From assembly GCF_044704955.1 (NCBI RefSeq), contig NC_092010.1, forward strand, positions 39,308,001 through 39,372,000: a DNA stretch of 64,000 bases, written 5' to 3'. Below are positions 24,600 through 37,319 of the stretch, one piece after another (position 1 is the first letter of the stretch; each line of letters starts with the position of its first letter). The position numbers and the translations under genes are program-made. Origin of the DNA: Pristiophorus japonicus. Its lineage: Eukaryota. The notes below the pieces were generated by a model. It ran no database searches. It was not told the origin of the DNA and saw nothing but the letters and a program-made list of their open reading frames with translations.

Positions 24600-25480
24600 A
24601 CTGGTTAGTCTCCAGTTCGAATGTTGAGACCAGTTTTGGACACCCTACTTTAGGAAGGGCATCAAGACAATGGAGAGGAGGCAAGAGAAAGATTCACTAA
24701 GATGATACTGGGGATGAGAGGGTTTAATTATGAGAAAAGATAAGAGAAATTGGGGCTTTTTTATTGGAACAAACAAGGTCAAGAGGAGATCTAAAGAAAA
24801 GAAAGACTTGCATTTCTATAGCGCCTTTCATGAACACCGGACGTCCCAAAGCGTTTTACACCCAATGAAGTACTTTTGAAGTGTAGCCTCTGTTATAATG
24901 TAGAAAAAGCGGCAGCCAATTTGTGTACAGCAAGCTCCCACAAACAGCGATATGATAATGACCAGATAATCTGTTTTCGTGATGTTGATTGAGGGATAAA
25001 TATTGGCCCCAGGACACCGGGGAGAACTCCCCTGCTCTTCTTCAAAATAGTGCCATGGGATCTGATAGAGATGTTCAAAATGATAAGGGGTTTTAATCAG
25101 GTAAATAGGAAAAACTATTTCTACTGGCCAATGAGTCGGTAACTAGAGGGAATGCATTTAAAATCATCATTAAAAGAATTAAGAGAGAGGTTAAAAGTAT
25201 AAGAACATAAGAAATAGGAGCAGGAGTAGGCCATACGGCCCCTCGAGCCTGCTTCGTTTTAATTTCGGGGGTTGTTTGAACATGGAACACATGACCAGAA
25301 ACAGTGGGGGAGGCACTATCCGTAATACATTTTAAAAGGGAAGTGGCTACATATTTGATAAAGAAAATTTTAAAAGGTTATGGGAAAAGGGCGGGGAAAG
25401 GGATGAAATGGATTGCTCATTCACAGAGAGGGCACACGCACGATAGACTGAATGCCCTCCTTCAATGCTGTAAAGTTCTA
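24600..25480 (+). mobile_element. Old CR1 3' fragment interrupted by a partial DeuSINE (24795-25062, minus)
   Basis: Degenerate CR1 motifs on both sides of SINE sequence. Confidence 0.65.
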
Positions 25481-25779
25481 TGATTTTATCTGTTGCTCAT
25501 GGGAGTTGGATCATATGTTTGATAAGGAGAGGAGGATTACCTCTTCGAACAGAGAATGTCTTATTGTGCTGTATGTATTAAAATAAAGAAAGAAAGAAAG
25601 ACTTGGATTTATATAACGCCTTTCACGACCACCGGATGTCTCAAAGCGCTTTTGGAGTGTAGTCATTTTTGTAATGTAGGGAAACACGGCAGCCAATTTG
25701 CGCATAAGCAAGCTCCCACACACAGCAATGTGATAATGATCAGATAATCTGTTGTTATGTTAATTGAGGGATAAATATT

Positions 25780-27161
25780 GGGCGCGTTTATTTGTTCAGC
25801 CAAAATGGCCACCATGCTCCACCCTTTGTCTATGATTGGTCCCCTTGGAGGATAAGCCACACCCTGAAGTTTCACTGGAATGTGTCACTGGAACCACCCA
25901 TCACAAGGTTTCACTGACTTTGCAAATTGTCACTCGATCCACTTTGAATTCCTGAAGCGACAGAGGACATGGTTCCCCAGAAGTCAGCAAGGGCCGGCCA
26001 AAGTGCCTTACCCCAGTCCAAGTACATGCCTCCCCCAGCCAAAGTGCATTACCCTAGTCCAAGTGCATCCTCCCCCCCATCATAGATGGGGCATTGTGTA
26101 CGGATTGTTAACAGGTTTATTGGGGATGAAGTGAATAGTGACCGTGTCGTAACTTCTGGATATCATCCACTCCAATTATGTCCCTTGTAGGGGGTTGGAA
26201 GAATGTGATCCGTCTTCCTTAAGTTCCCTCTCTCTCTTCCGATCCCCCCCCTTCCGTGTCTCTCTCTCGCCCCCTCAGCCCCTCTCTCCCCCCCTAGCCT
26301 CTCTCTCCCCCCTCCAGCCTTTCTCTCCCCCCCCAGCCTCTCACTCTCCCCCCCCAGCCTCTCACTCTCCCCCCAGCCTCTCACTCTCCCCCCAGCCTCT
26401 CTCTACCCCCCCAGCCTCTCTCTCCCCCCCAGCCTCTCTCTCCCCACCAGCCTCTCCCCCAGCCTCTCTCACTCTCCCCCCCCCAGCCTCTCTCTCCCCA
26501 CCAGCCTCCCTGTCTCACTCCCCGCAGCCTCTCTCACTCCCCCCCCCAGCCTCCCTCACTACCCCCCCAGCCTCTCTCCCACCCCCCAGCCTCTCTCTCG
26601 CTCCCTCCCCCCCAGTCTCTCTCTCTCTCTTCCCCCCCAGCCTCTCTCTCTCACTCTCCCTCCAGCCGCTTTCTCGCTCCCTCCTCCCCAGTCTCTCTCT
26701 CTCACACTTCCCCCCCCAACCTCTCTCACTCTCCCCCCAGCCTCTCTCATTCCCCCCCCCCAGCCTCTGTCACTCCCCTCCCAGCCCCTCTCTTCCTCCC
26801 CCCAATCTCTCTCTTCCCCTCCCACCCAAGGCTCTCTCTCTCTCCCCCCATCCCCAAGCTCTCTCTCTCTCTCTCTTTCTCTCTCTCCTCCCCCCACCCC
26901 GCCCCCCCAAGCTCCCTCCTGCCACCATCGGGCCCAGACTGGCCGGGGGAGTGGGGGGTGGCAGCGGGAGAGAGTCGAAGCCTCATGTCCTGCTTCTCGG
27001 CACCACGCACATGGAATGATTTGGCCGGGAGGGGGGCGGGGAGCTTGACAGGGGGCAGGGCTTGTCACCTGTCAGTCAAAAAAGTGCAGTACGGGCAGTG
27101 GGTGGCGGGGCTGGACAGATGCCTGTCTGTCAGAAAGAGTGCAGTACAAATGGTTAGTCCC
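25780..27161. mobile_element. Unclassified non-autonomous insertion with 9-bp TSD and GGG...CCC ends (Mutator/MULE-like candidate)
   Basis: TSD ATAAATATT at 25771-25779 and 27162-27170; imperfect 21-bp TIR (12/21); internal C/T-rich minisatellite. Confidence 0.6.
26225..26920. repeat. Pyrimidine-rich degenerate minisatellite (cccccagcctctctct-like)
   Basis: Direct observation. Confidence 0.9.
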
Positions 27162-27431
27162 ATAAATATTGGCCAGGAATAACTCCACTGATCTTCTTCA
27201 AGATAATGCCATGGGATCTTTTACATCCACCTGAGAGAGTAGATGGGGCCTTAGTTTAACTTCTCATCTGACAGATGGCACCTCCAACAATGCAGTTCTC
27301 CCTCAGCACTGCACTGGAGTGCCAGCCTAGATTTCTTTATGCTCAAGTTTGGACTGGGATTTGAACCCACAATCTTCTGACTCAGAGGCGAGAGTGCTAC
27401 CCACTGAGCCCCAGCTGACACTGTTTATTAT

Positions 27432-27732
27432 AGATCTCTGCACTCCTCTATTTCTGCCCTCCTGGCCATCCCTGATTATAATCGCTCAACCATCGGTGGC
27501 CGTGCCTTCAGTTGCCTAGGCCCCTAGCTCTGGAAGTCCCTCCCTAAACCTCTCCTCCCTCTCTACCTCTCTCTCCTATTTCAGGACGCCCCTTAAAACC
27601 TCCCTCTTTGACCAAGCACCTGCCCTAATTTCTACTTATGCGGCTTGGTGTCAAATTTATTATTTCCTAACCCTCCTGTGACGTTTCACTATGTTAAAGG
27701 CGCTTTATAAATGCAAGTTGTTGTTGTTGTTG
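27432..27732 (+). mobile_element. L2 LINE 3' end with (TTG)n tail
   Basis: ggcgctttataaatgcaagttgttgttg; similar to other L2 copies. Confidence 0.75.
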
Positions 27733-28817
27733 CTGCATTATTGGTGTTGTTTTGTAATGAAAGCGCATTGGTTAAAAATAAGGAAATAGATTAAATGGTT
27801 GAGAGAAATGGTGCAGAAATTGAAATTAATGCAATTGGAAAAATGACACCAAATTATACATTGGAAGGTTTTATATAATTATAGAGATTTATCAATAAAA
27901 GAAATGGGAGTTAAACAATGATGGGTTTTTATTAAAACATAAAATGATCAAAAAAATTACTCCTGCAGTAAACTCCAGTAAACGTTTTGGTAGGACAATG
28001 TAATTACAGTGTGACACGTTCCATTAGAAATGTGAACATAGGAATTTAATAATGTTAGTGGAAAAATATGTACACAATGTGTGAGTATAAAATGTGGACT
28101 GAATTAGGTCCAATGAAACCCGCCTTTCTAACGCCACTTCACCCAAAGACTGCACTTGGTCTTGACTCTCATATTCTATATACAGATTAACTGAACACAT
28201 TTGAATGTACTATAACTATTTCCATAGAGTGTGGGTGTGTTTGATTTCATTGTACGGAGAATTCTGCATACAGAAATAATAAAAATATTACTGAATTTTA
28301 TATTGGGCTAAAGTATATTTGTGTTTATTTTGGCAAGTGTGTGAACATGTGTGTGTCCTGAGGCAGGAAAAATACAATCAGCATGAGCTAAACTAAAGGA
28401 CTACAAAAACACTGGGTCTCGGACTACAACCTTTGGGGAAGGCTGGTTAATGGCCCAAGGTGATTTTATCTCGTCCCATCCCTCAAGCACCCTCCCACCA
28501 TTCACCCCCAAATCACCCTTGCCCCTTATCCATCCACATCCTCTCCTCCTTCTCATCCCTCATTCCTCCTCTTCCAGGTTCCCAAATTTCCAGCTTATCT
28601 CTGAGCACTGAGCTGGGAAAGAGGATTTTTGGTTTTCCAATGCGCTTACACTGCATTTGCAGTTGGCCCATCCCTCCCCCACCCAGTCTTTCCCCGCCAT
28701 CACCCATATACACTCACTTCCTCATTACTACCACCCCTCCCCACTTCTCCGTTCCCCTGGCCTCTCCCACCCTTCCTCTCTCATACCTTTCCCATCACTG
28801 CACCCACTTGTAGACAC

Positions 28818-29220
28818 ATCGTCATCATCATAGGCAGTCCCTTGGAATCGAGGAAGACTTGCTTCCACTCTTAAAAATCAGTCCTTAGGTGACTGAACAG
28901 TCCAATACGGGAACCACAGTCCCTGTCACAGGTGGGACAGATAGACGTTGAGGGAAGGGGAGGGTGGGACTGGTTTGCCGCACGCTCCTTCCGCTGCCTG
29001 CGCTTGGTTTCTGCATGCTCTCGGCGACGAGACTCGAGGTGCTCAGCGCCCTCCCGGATGCACTTCCTCCACTTAGGGCGGACTGGTCTTTGGGCCAGGG
29101 ACTCCCAGGTGTCGGTGGGGATGTTGCACTTTATCAGGGAGGCTTTGAGGGTGGTCCCTGTAACGTTTCCTCTGCCCACCTTTGGCTCGGTTGCCATGAA
29201 GGAGCTCCGAGTAGAGCGCA
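28818..29220 (-). mobile_element. RTE LINE 3' fragment
   Basis: TLKASLIKCNIPTDTWESLA...CPTCDRDCGSRIGLFSHLRT. Confidence 0.9.
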
Positions 29221-29819
29221 GATGTAGACACAAACATAAAACTTGTTAACAGTTGAGTAGGAGTGAGTTATTAGCGGGAACACAATGTTAGGAGTTCAAC
29301 CAACATTCCAGAACCAATCACGCTTTACCTTCAGAGTTTATTATCTCACATCAACATGTCAGTTATTTCGCAACATTGTCATGCACACCAGCTCAACTGC
29401 CATGATATCAAAATTCCTGTGTCATTGAATCAGATAAATTCCACTTGCCAAATCATGTGATTTGATTGGGGAAGTTGCTGTCTATCTGTTTTGTTTTAGT
29501 CCTCGAAATAATTTTAACTTTAATTCTTGCCTTTTCTCTAGATCTCAAATGTTAGTTCTAATTTATTTATAGTTTTCAGAAGCAATTTACTTCGAATTTT
29601 AAATCTAGTCTTTTGCTCCCAAATTTTAGTTTGATTCTTGGAGAAAATTTAGTTTTTGCTTCCAATATTTTTGTTCCTTTCAAAATTCATGTTTCAAAAT
29701 CAAACCCAGTTGTTGTTTCCTTTCTACACAACTCACGAGGGCCCAAGAAATGATAAACTGGGGGTTGAGTAACAACTAAGACTTTAAACATCTATTTCAA
29801 TTTCCAACACCTTTATCAA

Positions 29820-30558
29820 TCATCATAATAGGCAGTCCCTCGAAATCGAGGAAGACTTGCTTCCACTCTAAAAGTGAGTTCTCAGGTGACTGAACAGCCC
29901 AATACGAGTACCACAGTCTCTGTCACAGGTGGGACAGATAGTGGTTGAGGGAAGGGGAGGGTGGGACAGGTTTGCCGCATGCTCCTTCCGCTGCCTGCGC
30001 TTGCTTTCTGCATGCTCTCGGCGATGAGACTCGAGGTACTCAGCGCCCTCCTGGATGCACTTCCTCCACTTAGGGCGGTCTTTGGCCAGGGACTCCCAGG
30101 TGTCAGTGGGGATGTTGCATTTTATCAGGGAGGCTTTGAGGGTGTCCTTGTAATGTTTCCTCTGCCCACCTGGGGCTCGCTTGCCGAGTAGAGCGCTTGG
30201 TTTGGGAATCTCGTGTCTGGGGCATGCAGACAATGTGGCCCGTCCAATGGAGCTGATCGAGTGTGGTCAGTGCTTCGATGCTGGGGATGTTGGCCTGGTC
30301 GAGGACGCTAACGTTGGTGCGTCTGATCTCCGAGGGGATTTGCAGGATCTTGCAGAGGCATCGTTGGTGGTATTTCTTTAGCGATTTGAGGTGTCTGCTG
30401 TATATGGTCCACGTCTCTGAGCCTTACAGGAGGGCCTGACCCTGCCACACAGCACTACCCCCCAGTTATCAGATCTACGGTGCGGCCCTGGACAACGTGG
30501 ACCACTTCCCATACTTCGGGAGCCTATTATCAACAAAGGCAGACATCGACGACGAGAT
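29820..30558 (-). mobile_element. RTE LINE with an inverted 5' segment (30436-30558 on + strand)
   Basis: Minus part from ALLxGSETW to the tail; plus part encodes LDNVDHFPYFGSLLSTKADIDDE. Confidence 0.8.
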
Positions 30559-30559
30559 G

Positions 30560-31735
30560 TAACCTCCTCCAGCCCTACAACCCTCCAAGATCTCTGCGCT
30601 CCTCCAATTCTGGCCTCTTGCACATCCTTCGATTTCCATTGCTCCACCATTGGTGGCCGTGCCTTAAGCTGCCTGGGCCCCAAGCTCTGGAATCCCCTGC
30701 CTCAACATCTCCCCCTCTAAGACGCTGCTTAGACCCTGCCCTAATAGATCATAGGCAGTCCCTCGGAATCGAGGAAGACTTGCTTCCATTCTTAAAATGA
30801 GTTCTTAGGTGGCTGAACTGTCCAATACGGGAACCACAGTCTCTGTCACAGGTGGGACAGATAGATGTTGAGGGAAAGGGTGGGTGGAACAGGTTTGCCG
30901 CATGCTCCTTCCGCTGCTTGCGCTTGATTTCTGCATGCTCTCGGCGACGGGACTCGAAGTGCTCAGCGCCCTGCCAGATGCTCTTCCTCCACTTAGGGCG
31001 GTCTTTGGCCAGGGACTCCCAGGTGTCAGTGGGGATGTCGCACTCTGAGGAAGGACGTTCTTGCTATTGAGGGAGTGCAGCGAAGGTTCACCAGACTGAT
31101 TCCTGGGATGGCAGGACTGACATATGAGGAGAGACTGGATCGACTGGGCCTGTATTCACTGGAGTTTAGAAGGATGAGAGGGGATCTCATAGAAACATAT
31201 AAAATTCTGACGGGACTGGACAGGTTAGATGCAGGAAGAATGTTCCCGATGTTGGGGAAGTCCAGAACCAGGGGTCACAGTCTAAGGATTAGGGGTTGAC
31301 CATTTAGGACCGAGATGAGGAGAAACTTCTTCACTCAGAGTTGTTAACCTGTGGAATTCCCTGCCGCAGAGAGTTGTTGAGGCCAGTTCATTGGATATAT
31401 TCAAGAGGGAGTTAGATATGGCCCTTACGGCTAAAGGGATCAAGGGGTATGGAGAGAAAGCAGGAAAGGGGTACTGAGGTGAATGATCAGCCATGATCTT
31501 ATTGAATGGTGGTGCAGGCTCGAAGGGCCGAATGGCCGACTCCTGCACCTATTTTCTATATTTCTGTTTCTATGTTTATCAGGGAGGCTTTGAGGGTGTC
31601 CTTGTAATGTTTCCTCTGCCCTAATAATAGATATTATGAGGCCCGGTGTCAAATTTTGTTTGATAATCGCTCCCGTGAAGCACCTTGGGACGTATTGCTG
31701 TTAACGGTGCTGTATAAATGCAAGTTGTTCTTGTT
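30560..31735. mobile_element. Nested stack: L2 (+) interrupted by RTE (-; 30748-31620), itself interrupted by young CR1 (+; 31046-31575)
   Basis: RTE resumes at 31576 where it left off; ctgccctaata duplicated at 30736 and 31616. Confidence 0.8.
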
Positions 31736-31859
31736 GTTGAGAAGATTACAATAACTTGTATTTATATAATTATAATAAGATCATAATTTAGTTCATTTTA
31801 TTTTGTGCTTCCTTTAGTTGGAATGGACCACTTGTGACAATGTTCTCTCAGTGCTGCCC

Positions 31860-32300
31860 TCCTCTTGCAGTGACGTTGTCTATTGGTCTCTCAGAGCCCT
31901 GGGCCTCTGGGGAGTGCCTCACCTTTGACCTTGAACCGCGTGAGCCCGCCCACCGACCGCAGCCCGGAGCTCGGGTGTTCTCGGAAACACTCGGCAGACG
32001 AAGCCACCGAGCGGATGGCCCGCCCCCCGGCCCAGCCGCGGTTGGGCCAAGCAGGCGGCGCGAAGGCGCGCGCGCGGGGGAGGGGGCGGCTTCCGATTGG
32101 CCAGAGCTGCTGGTCTGTCAGAGGGGAGTTCCGGCGGGAAGCGCGCGAGAGGCGGTGCAGTGAGAGGCGGCACTGGTCGCGCGACTGGAAGAATCGGCGG
32201 GGTTGGCCATCGAAGAGCACCATCCCGGGCCCAGTCACCTCATGCGGCGTTTACAGGAGCTCTGGGGGGAGGGTTTGCGGTTTGGTTTTGCAGGAGGAAG
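31860..32300. promoter_or_regulatory. CpG-island promoter of NABP2, probably bidirectional with RNF41
   Basis: High CpG; ATTGG at 31882 and 32096, GC box ~32082, E2F/ETS-like ttccggcgggaag ~32130, TGACGT 31871; minus-strand donor AAG|gtgagg at 31923/31922. Confidence 0.8.
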
Positions 32301-32425
32301 GGATGGTTCTGGCCCTGTAAGCTCAGACAGTGATTTGCATGTGTTCTTCTGAGCCTGACCCCTCCAACTTGTTGGCTCAAGTTTGCAGCTTCAGAATAAT
32401 TCATATTCTGTGTGTGGGAGAGAGT

Positions 32426-32504
32426 ATGTCAAACGACACTAACGTGAAGGACATCAAAGCTGGTTTAAAAAACCTGAACCTCCTCTTCATTGTCCTGGAA
32501 ATAG
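32426..32504 (+). CDS. NABP2: NABP2 (SOSS-B1/SSB1) coding exon 1
   Basis: MSNDTNVKDIKAGLKNLNLLFIVLEI(G); donor G|gtaagt; 79 nt. Confidence 0.92.
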
Positions 32505-32974
32505 GTAAGTGAATGTATATTTTTATATTCCTCTCCCCTCAAAGCTATCACAGCTCAATCCAATCCTGTCTTTGTTTGCTGGACTTTTCAGCAGGAGTCA
32601 CTGGATGATGCTGGAGTTGCCAAGATCAGCAAACTCCGTGTGTACCACCAAATGAACCTGGGATCTTCCCATCCCTAGTTCTCCTGCGTAGGCATTTAAG
32701 GTCAACTTGCACTGGAACCATATGTGGGCAAGATCTGGAAAATGGCATTGGTGAACCAGTTGGGTTTTTAACGACACTCTGGCACTGTGTAATGCAGACC
32801 TGTGTTTGTCCAGGGGTCTAGAATTTTATAAGTGACATTGCTGCAGGCCTGGGGAACAAACCCGTCCCCTGTTTGCTCCCTTAGTTGGGAACGCTGCATG
32901 AAGTCTGAGAAAGGAAAATATGTGGAGTTTTGGAGGGAAAACATCCCCGGCATGTGTTTTAAGTCCTTGCGTGA

Positions 32975-33157
<183 letters not shown>

Positions 33158-33719
33158 TAACTTGCTTTTTTTTTTTAAACAAAACCTGATAAAGTTGGAG
33201 CAAACATTGAATGCAAACCGTTGTTAAATAGTGCTGACTTTTCTCCTCTCCTCCTCCTCCTCCTCAACTGGTTGAGATGTGTTGGAATGACACTTGTAAG
33301 GGTACTTGATGCCCTTTTTAGCTCACCTGAGTACCAATGTTTATTTGTTCTCTGGGTGTGGGTGATGGAGGCCGTTTACTGCCCATCCCTCGTTGTCCTG
33401 AGAAGGTGGTGGGCTTTCTCCTTGGACTACTGTAGTGCTTGTTGCGATGGTGCTTCCGCGGTCATTTGTGTTTGAGCTTGCACAGAGTATCGGCAGACCA
33501 TTCAACTATAACAGGCATAACCCTGTCCCATCCGACATCCATGCCAGCACCTTCCAACAGGGTTCGATGGTTAGTGGAATCCCTGACCAACTTCCCCTTT
33601 CCCCCTCTCTAACCCAGGGTGCTGAGGCTAAGTGTAGTATCCTTGCATCACCTGAGATCAGCGCAGACTGAGAATCGGACCTGGGAATTTGCTTGGATAT
33701 ATGGTGCAGTGCTATACTA

Positions 33720-34200
33720 AGTACATACGAAATAGGAGCAGGAGTAGTCCCTAAGGCCACTCGAGCCTGCTCTGCCATTCAATAAGATCATGGCTGATCA
33801 TCGACCTCAACTCCACTTTCCCGCCCGATTCCCATATCCCTTGATTCCCTTAGACTCCAAAAATTTATCAATCTCGGCCTTGAATATATTCAGAGTCTCA
33901 GCATCCACAGCCATCTGTGGGGCAGAGAATTCCAAAGATTCACGACCCTCTCGGTGAAGAAATTCCTCCTCATCTCAGTTGGCAGTGCTTCTGATCAAGC
34001 CATCAGGGGAAGTCCTTGCTTTCAGGAATTTGAAGAGTCGAGAACAATTCTACTTGTTTCTGGAATTCCTGAGATGGAGGGGTTGGTTTATGAGGAACGG
34101 TTGAGTGGGTTGGGCCTGTACTCATTGGAGTTTAGAAGAATGAGAGGTGATCTTATTGAAACTTATAAGATTCTGAGGGGGCTGGACAGGGTAGATGCTG
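33720..34200. mobile_element. CR1 fragments (minus tail 33720-33978; plus fragment ~34065-34200)
   Basis: Similarity to other CR1 copies; YEERLSGLGLYSLEFRRMRGDLIE. Confidence 0.8.
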
Positions 34201-34615
34201 ATGCCCATCAGAGATGAGGCCACACTTCACAAGATCGCGACCATTCGACCTTTCTTAATTCATCAATCCAGAGATCCTAACGCCCCTCCCCCTCCTATTG
34301 TAGTATCAAATTGTTTCGTGAATGATTCCAGGGTTTTTGTCTCCACAGCAGTGTCTGTTCCACATATTCAGCGTTCTGTGTGAAGAAGGATTTCCTGATT
34401 ATCACTCTAGCTTTAAAGGTGAAAGGACAGTGTGCAACCCACTGTGCCTGTGATTTAATAGTGGTCTCCCCTTCCATGCACCAGAGCATGACTGACAATT
34501 CACAACCCTCTGGCTGAGGTACACTGGTTGTGGGCCCATCCGACCAGCTCGATTAAGCAGCAGCCTGGTGGCATACATGGTTTTGAATGGCGTGCGTTTC
34601 AGATTTTAAGACTGA

Positions 34616-34723
<108 letters not shown>

Positions 34724-34824
34724 TAAGTTCTTTGCCTTAAAACTGGAAACTGGAGAGCTGCTTGTAAACTGTCCTTCCTGCCGTGCTCCTTCGGTTGCCT
34801 CCCTTTGATCTAATGGTTTGAAAG

Positions 34825-35282
34825 GAAAAGACAGACTTGCATTTATATAGCGCCTTTCACCACCTCAGGACGTCCCAAAGCGCTTCACAGCCAATGAAGC
34901 ACTTTTGGAGTCACTGTTGTAGGAAACGTGGCCGCCAATTTGCGCACAGCAAGCTCCCACAAAAACAGTGTGATAATGACCAGATCATCTGGTTTTTGTG
35001 ATGTTGATTGAGGGATAAATATTGGCCCCAGAACACTGGGGCGAACTGCCCTGCTCTTCTTTGAAATAATGGGGTTGGGATCTTTTACATCCACCTGAGA
35101 GCAGGCGGGGTCTCGGTTTAACGTCTCATCTGAAAGACGACGCCTCCGACAGTGCAACTCTCCCTCAGTACCGCACTGGGAGTGTCAGCCTAGATTTATG
35201 TGCTCAAGTCTCTGGAGTGGGACTTGAACCCACAACCTTCTGACTCCGAGGCGAGAGTGCTGCCCACTGAGCCACAGCTAAC
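34825..35282 (-). mobile_element. Full-length DeuSINE (SacSINE1-like)
   Basis: Head, Deu core, tail. Confidence 0.88.
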
Positions 35283-36292
35283 TCACCGATAAAGTTTGAG
35301 ACGTTTCAACGGTGCAGCACCGTAGTGAAGTTTCAATATGGAGTCCGCGGAGGGGTCAGTAGTGGGTTTGTGTCCACCAGTAGCCCACTGACCTGATTGC
35401 TGATCTCGATTGAGTTATTGTACGGAGGTGTCATTTCCCCACAGGAAGGGGAAGGATTGAGGGGGGAGGCATGAGGGATGATGGCATGGGTGAGGGTGCT
35501 ATAATGGTTCGGCTACTCTTATAAACTTCCAGCAATCTGCTTGAGCAGAGATGGTGTCAGGTTGGGTTATGGCTCAGGAAAGTGGGAGACGAAAGAAAGG
35601 TGTCTTTCCTTTTAAAACGGGGGCACACCTGCCAGGTGAAAAGCTGTCACTTTGTTCCAGTGCTTTGACCTGTGATACATCTTGGATATAGTTTCCCATC
35701 AGGGACACCCCTCCCCTCCGCTAGGTGCCCATAGGGCTGCAAAAAATGAGCTGCTTTTGGGAGATCCAATACTGATCTGGAGATGAGAATTTGTTTTTAC
35801 ACAGCGAGTCACTATGACGTGGAATACGCTGCCTGCAAGGGCACAGGAAGCAGTTTCAATAATAACTTTCAAAAGGGAATTGGATATATATCTAAAGGGC
35901 AGCCATTTGCAGGGCTATGGGGAAAGAGCAGGGATGTGGGACTAATTGGATTGCTTTTTCAAAGAGCCGGCACAGGTATGATGGGCTGAATGGCCTCTTT
36001 CGGTGCTGTCTGATTCTATGATCATCGAACCCCTTTGCTGTCAGAATCACCTGAACACTTCAGCACTGGAAGGAGTTTTCATTTACACAAAGTAAAAGCT
36101 AACATGAATAAACGAGCAGCCTTTCAATCTCTGCACTTCTGAGGAGGGTAGAGTTCACTTCACTGGCACTGAGGTTGCTAGTACTGCCCCAATGATTGAT
36201 CACTCAGCAGCGACCAGGAATCTCGGGAGTCAGTGCTGTTTTTCGGTTGTCCACTAAGAGGCACACAATGTTGGCTCTGTGTGACTAGTTTT

Positions 36293-36735
36293 GACAGCTG
36301 TGGCTCAGTGGGTAGCTCTCTTGAGTCAGAAGTTTATGGGTTCTAGTCCCACTCCAGAGACTTGAGCACATAATCTAGGGCGCCACTCCCAGTGCTGTAC
36401 TTTGGAGCTGCCGTCTTTCAGATGAGACGTTAAACCGAGGCCCCGTCTGCTCTCAGGTGGACATAAAAGATCCCATGGCACTATTTGGAAGAAGTGCAGG
36501 GGAGTTACCCTGGTGTCCTGGCTAATATTTATCCCGCAATCAACATCACTTTTTAAAAAAAAAAATTATCTGGTAATTATCACATTGCTGTGTGTGGGAG
36601 CTTGCTGTGCGCAAATTGGCTGCCTCGTCTCCTACATTACAACAGTGACTACATTCCAAAAGTACTTCATTGGCTGTAAAGCGCTTTGGAAAGTATTGAG
36701 GTCATGAAAGGCGCAATAGAAATGCAATATATTTT
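36293..36735 (+). mobile_element. Full-length DeuSINE (SacSINE1-like)
   Basis: cagctgtggctcagtgggtagc head through aggcgcaatagaaatgc tail. Confidence 0.88.
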
Positions 36736-37046
36736 CTTCCTGGTCGTCCCTACGTGTAACTACAACTCAGAGTCTTGACGAGTATTGGCAGGCTATTCGA
36801 GTGTGTTTTTTGGGTGCATTGGGCAAACCCCATCCCTTCTGGAGCAGCTCCGCGACCATCAGACTCTCATCCCCCACAGTGTGCGTGTTGCAAGGTTTTG
36901 GCGCCAGACTCTCTGCTGTTGTCTGCTTCTTGCTTGCAAGGATTGCAGTGGACTGCAATCCACTGGACGGGCTCTGACAGCGGGCGTGCACTGTGCAGGC
37001 GCGCGAGATTCTAGCGGCGTGTAATCGCTTCTGTGTTCCTTTTCAG

Positions 37047-37131
37047 GTTTTGTATGCAGTATTCTGAAGTGCCGAATTTCAGTGACCCCAATCCTGACTA
37101 CATATCCCAGGCGCCCTCCCAGAACAAGTCT
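37047..37131 (+). CDS. NABP2: NABP2 coding exon 4
   Basis: FCMQYSEVPNFSDPNPDYISQAPSQNKS; acceptor ccttttcag, donor TCT|gtaagt; 85 nt. Confidence 0.93.
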
Positions 37132-37319
37132 GTAAGTCTGATCCCTTTGGGCCAGGTTGCTGCTGTTTTAGTTCAATGTAAGTTTGCCTCCCCTGGCATC
37201 ATGGGTTGCATTTCTGCAGGTGGCATCAGCCCTCTGGTACCTTATCCAAGTGGTCATTCCTTTTTTTTTCTTGCTAGTTTTCTCCTCTTCCCTCCTCTCC
37301 TGAAGGTGTTGGCTTTTCA

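Larger units (their letters stand above)
25586..27422 (-). mobile_element. DeuSINE split in two (25586-25779 and 27162-27422) by a 1.38-kb insertion
   Basis: SINE sequence stops at ataaatatt and resumes with the duplicated ataaatatt. Confidence 0.85.

Noticed and set aside
26195-27068. 274-aa Pro/Ser-rich ORF and antisense Gly/Glu/Arg ORFs
   Set aside because: Low-complexity C/T repeat that lacks stop codons by composition
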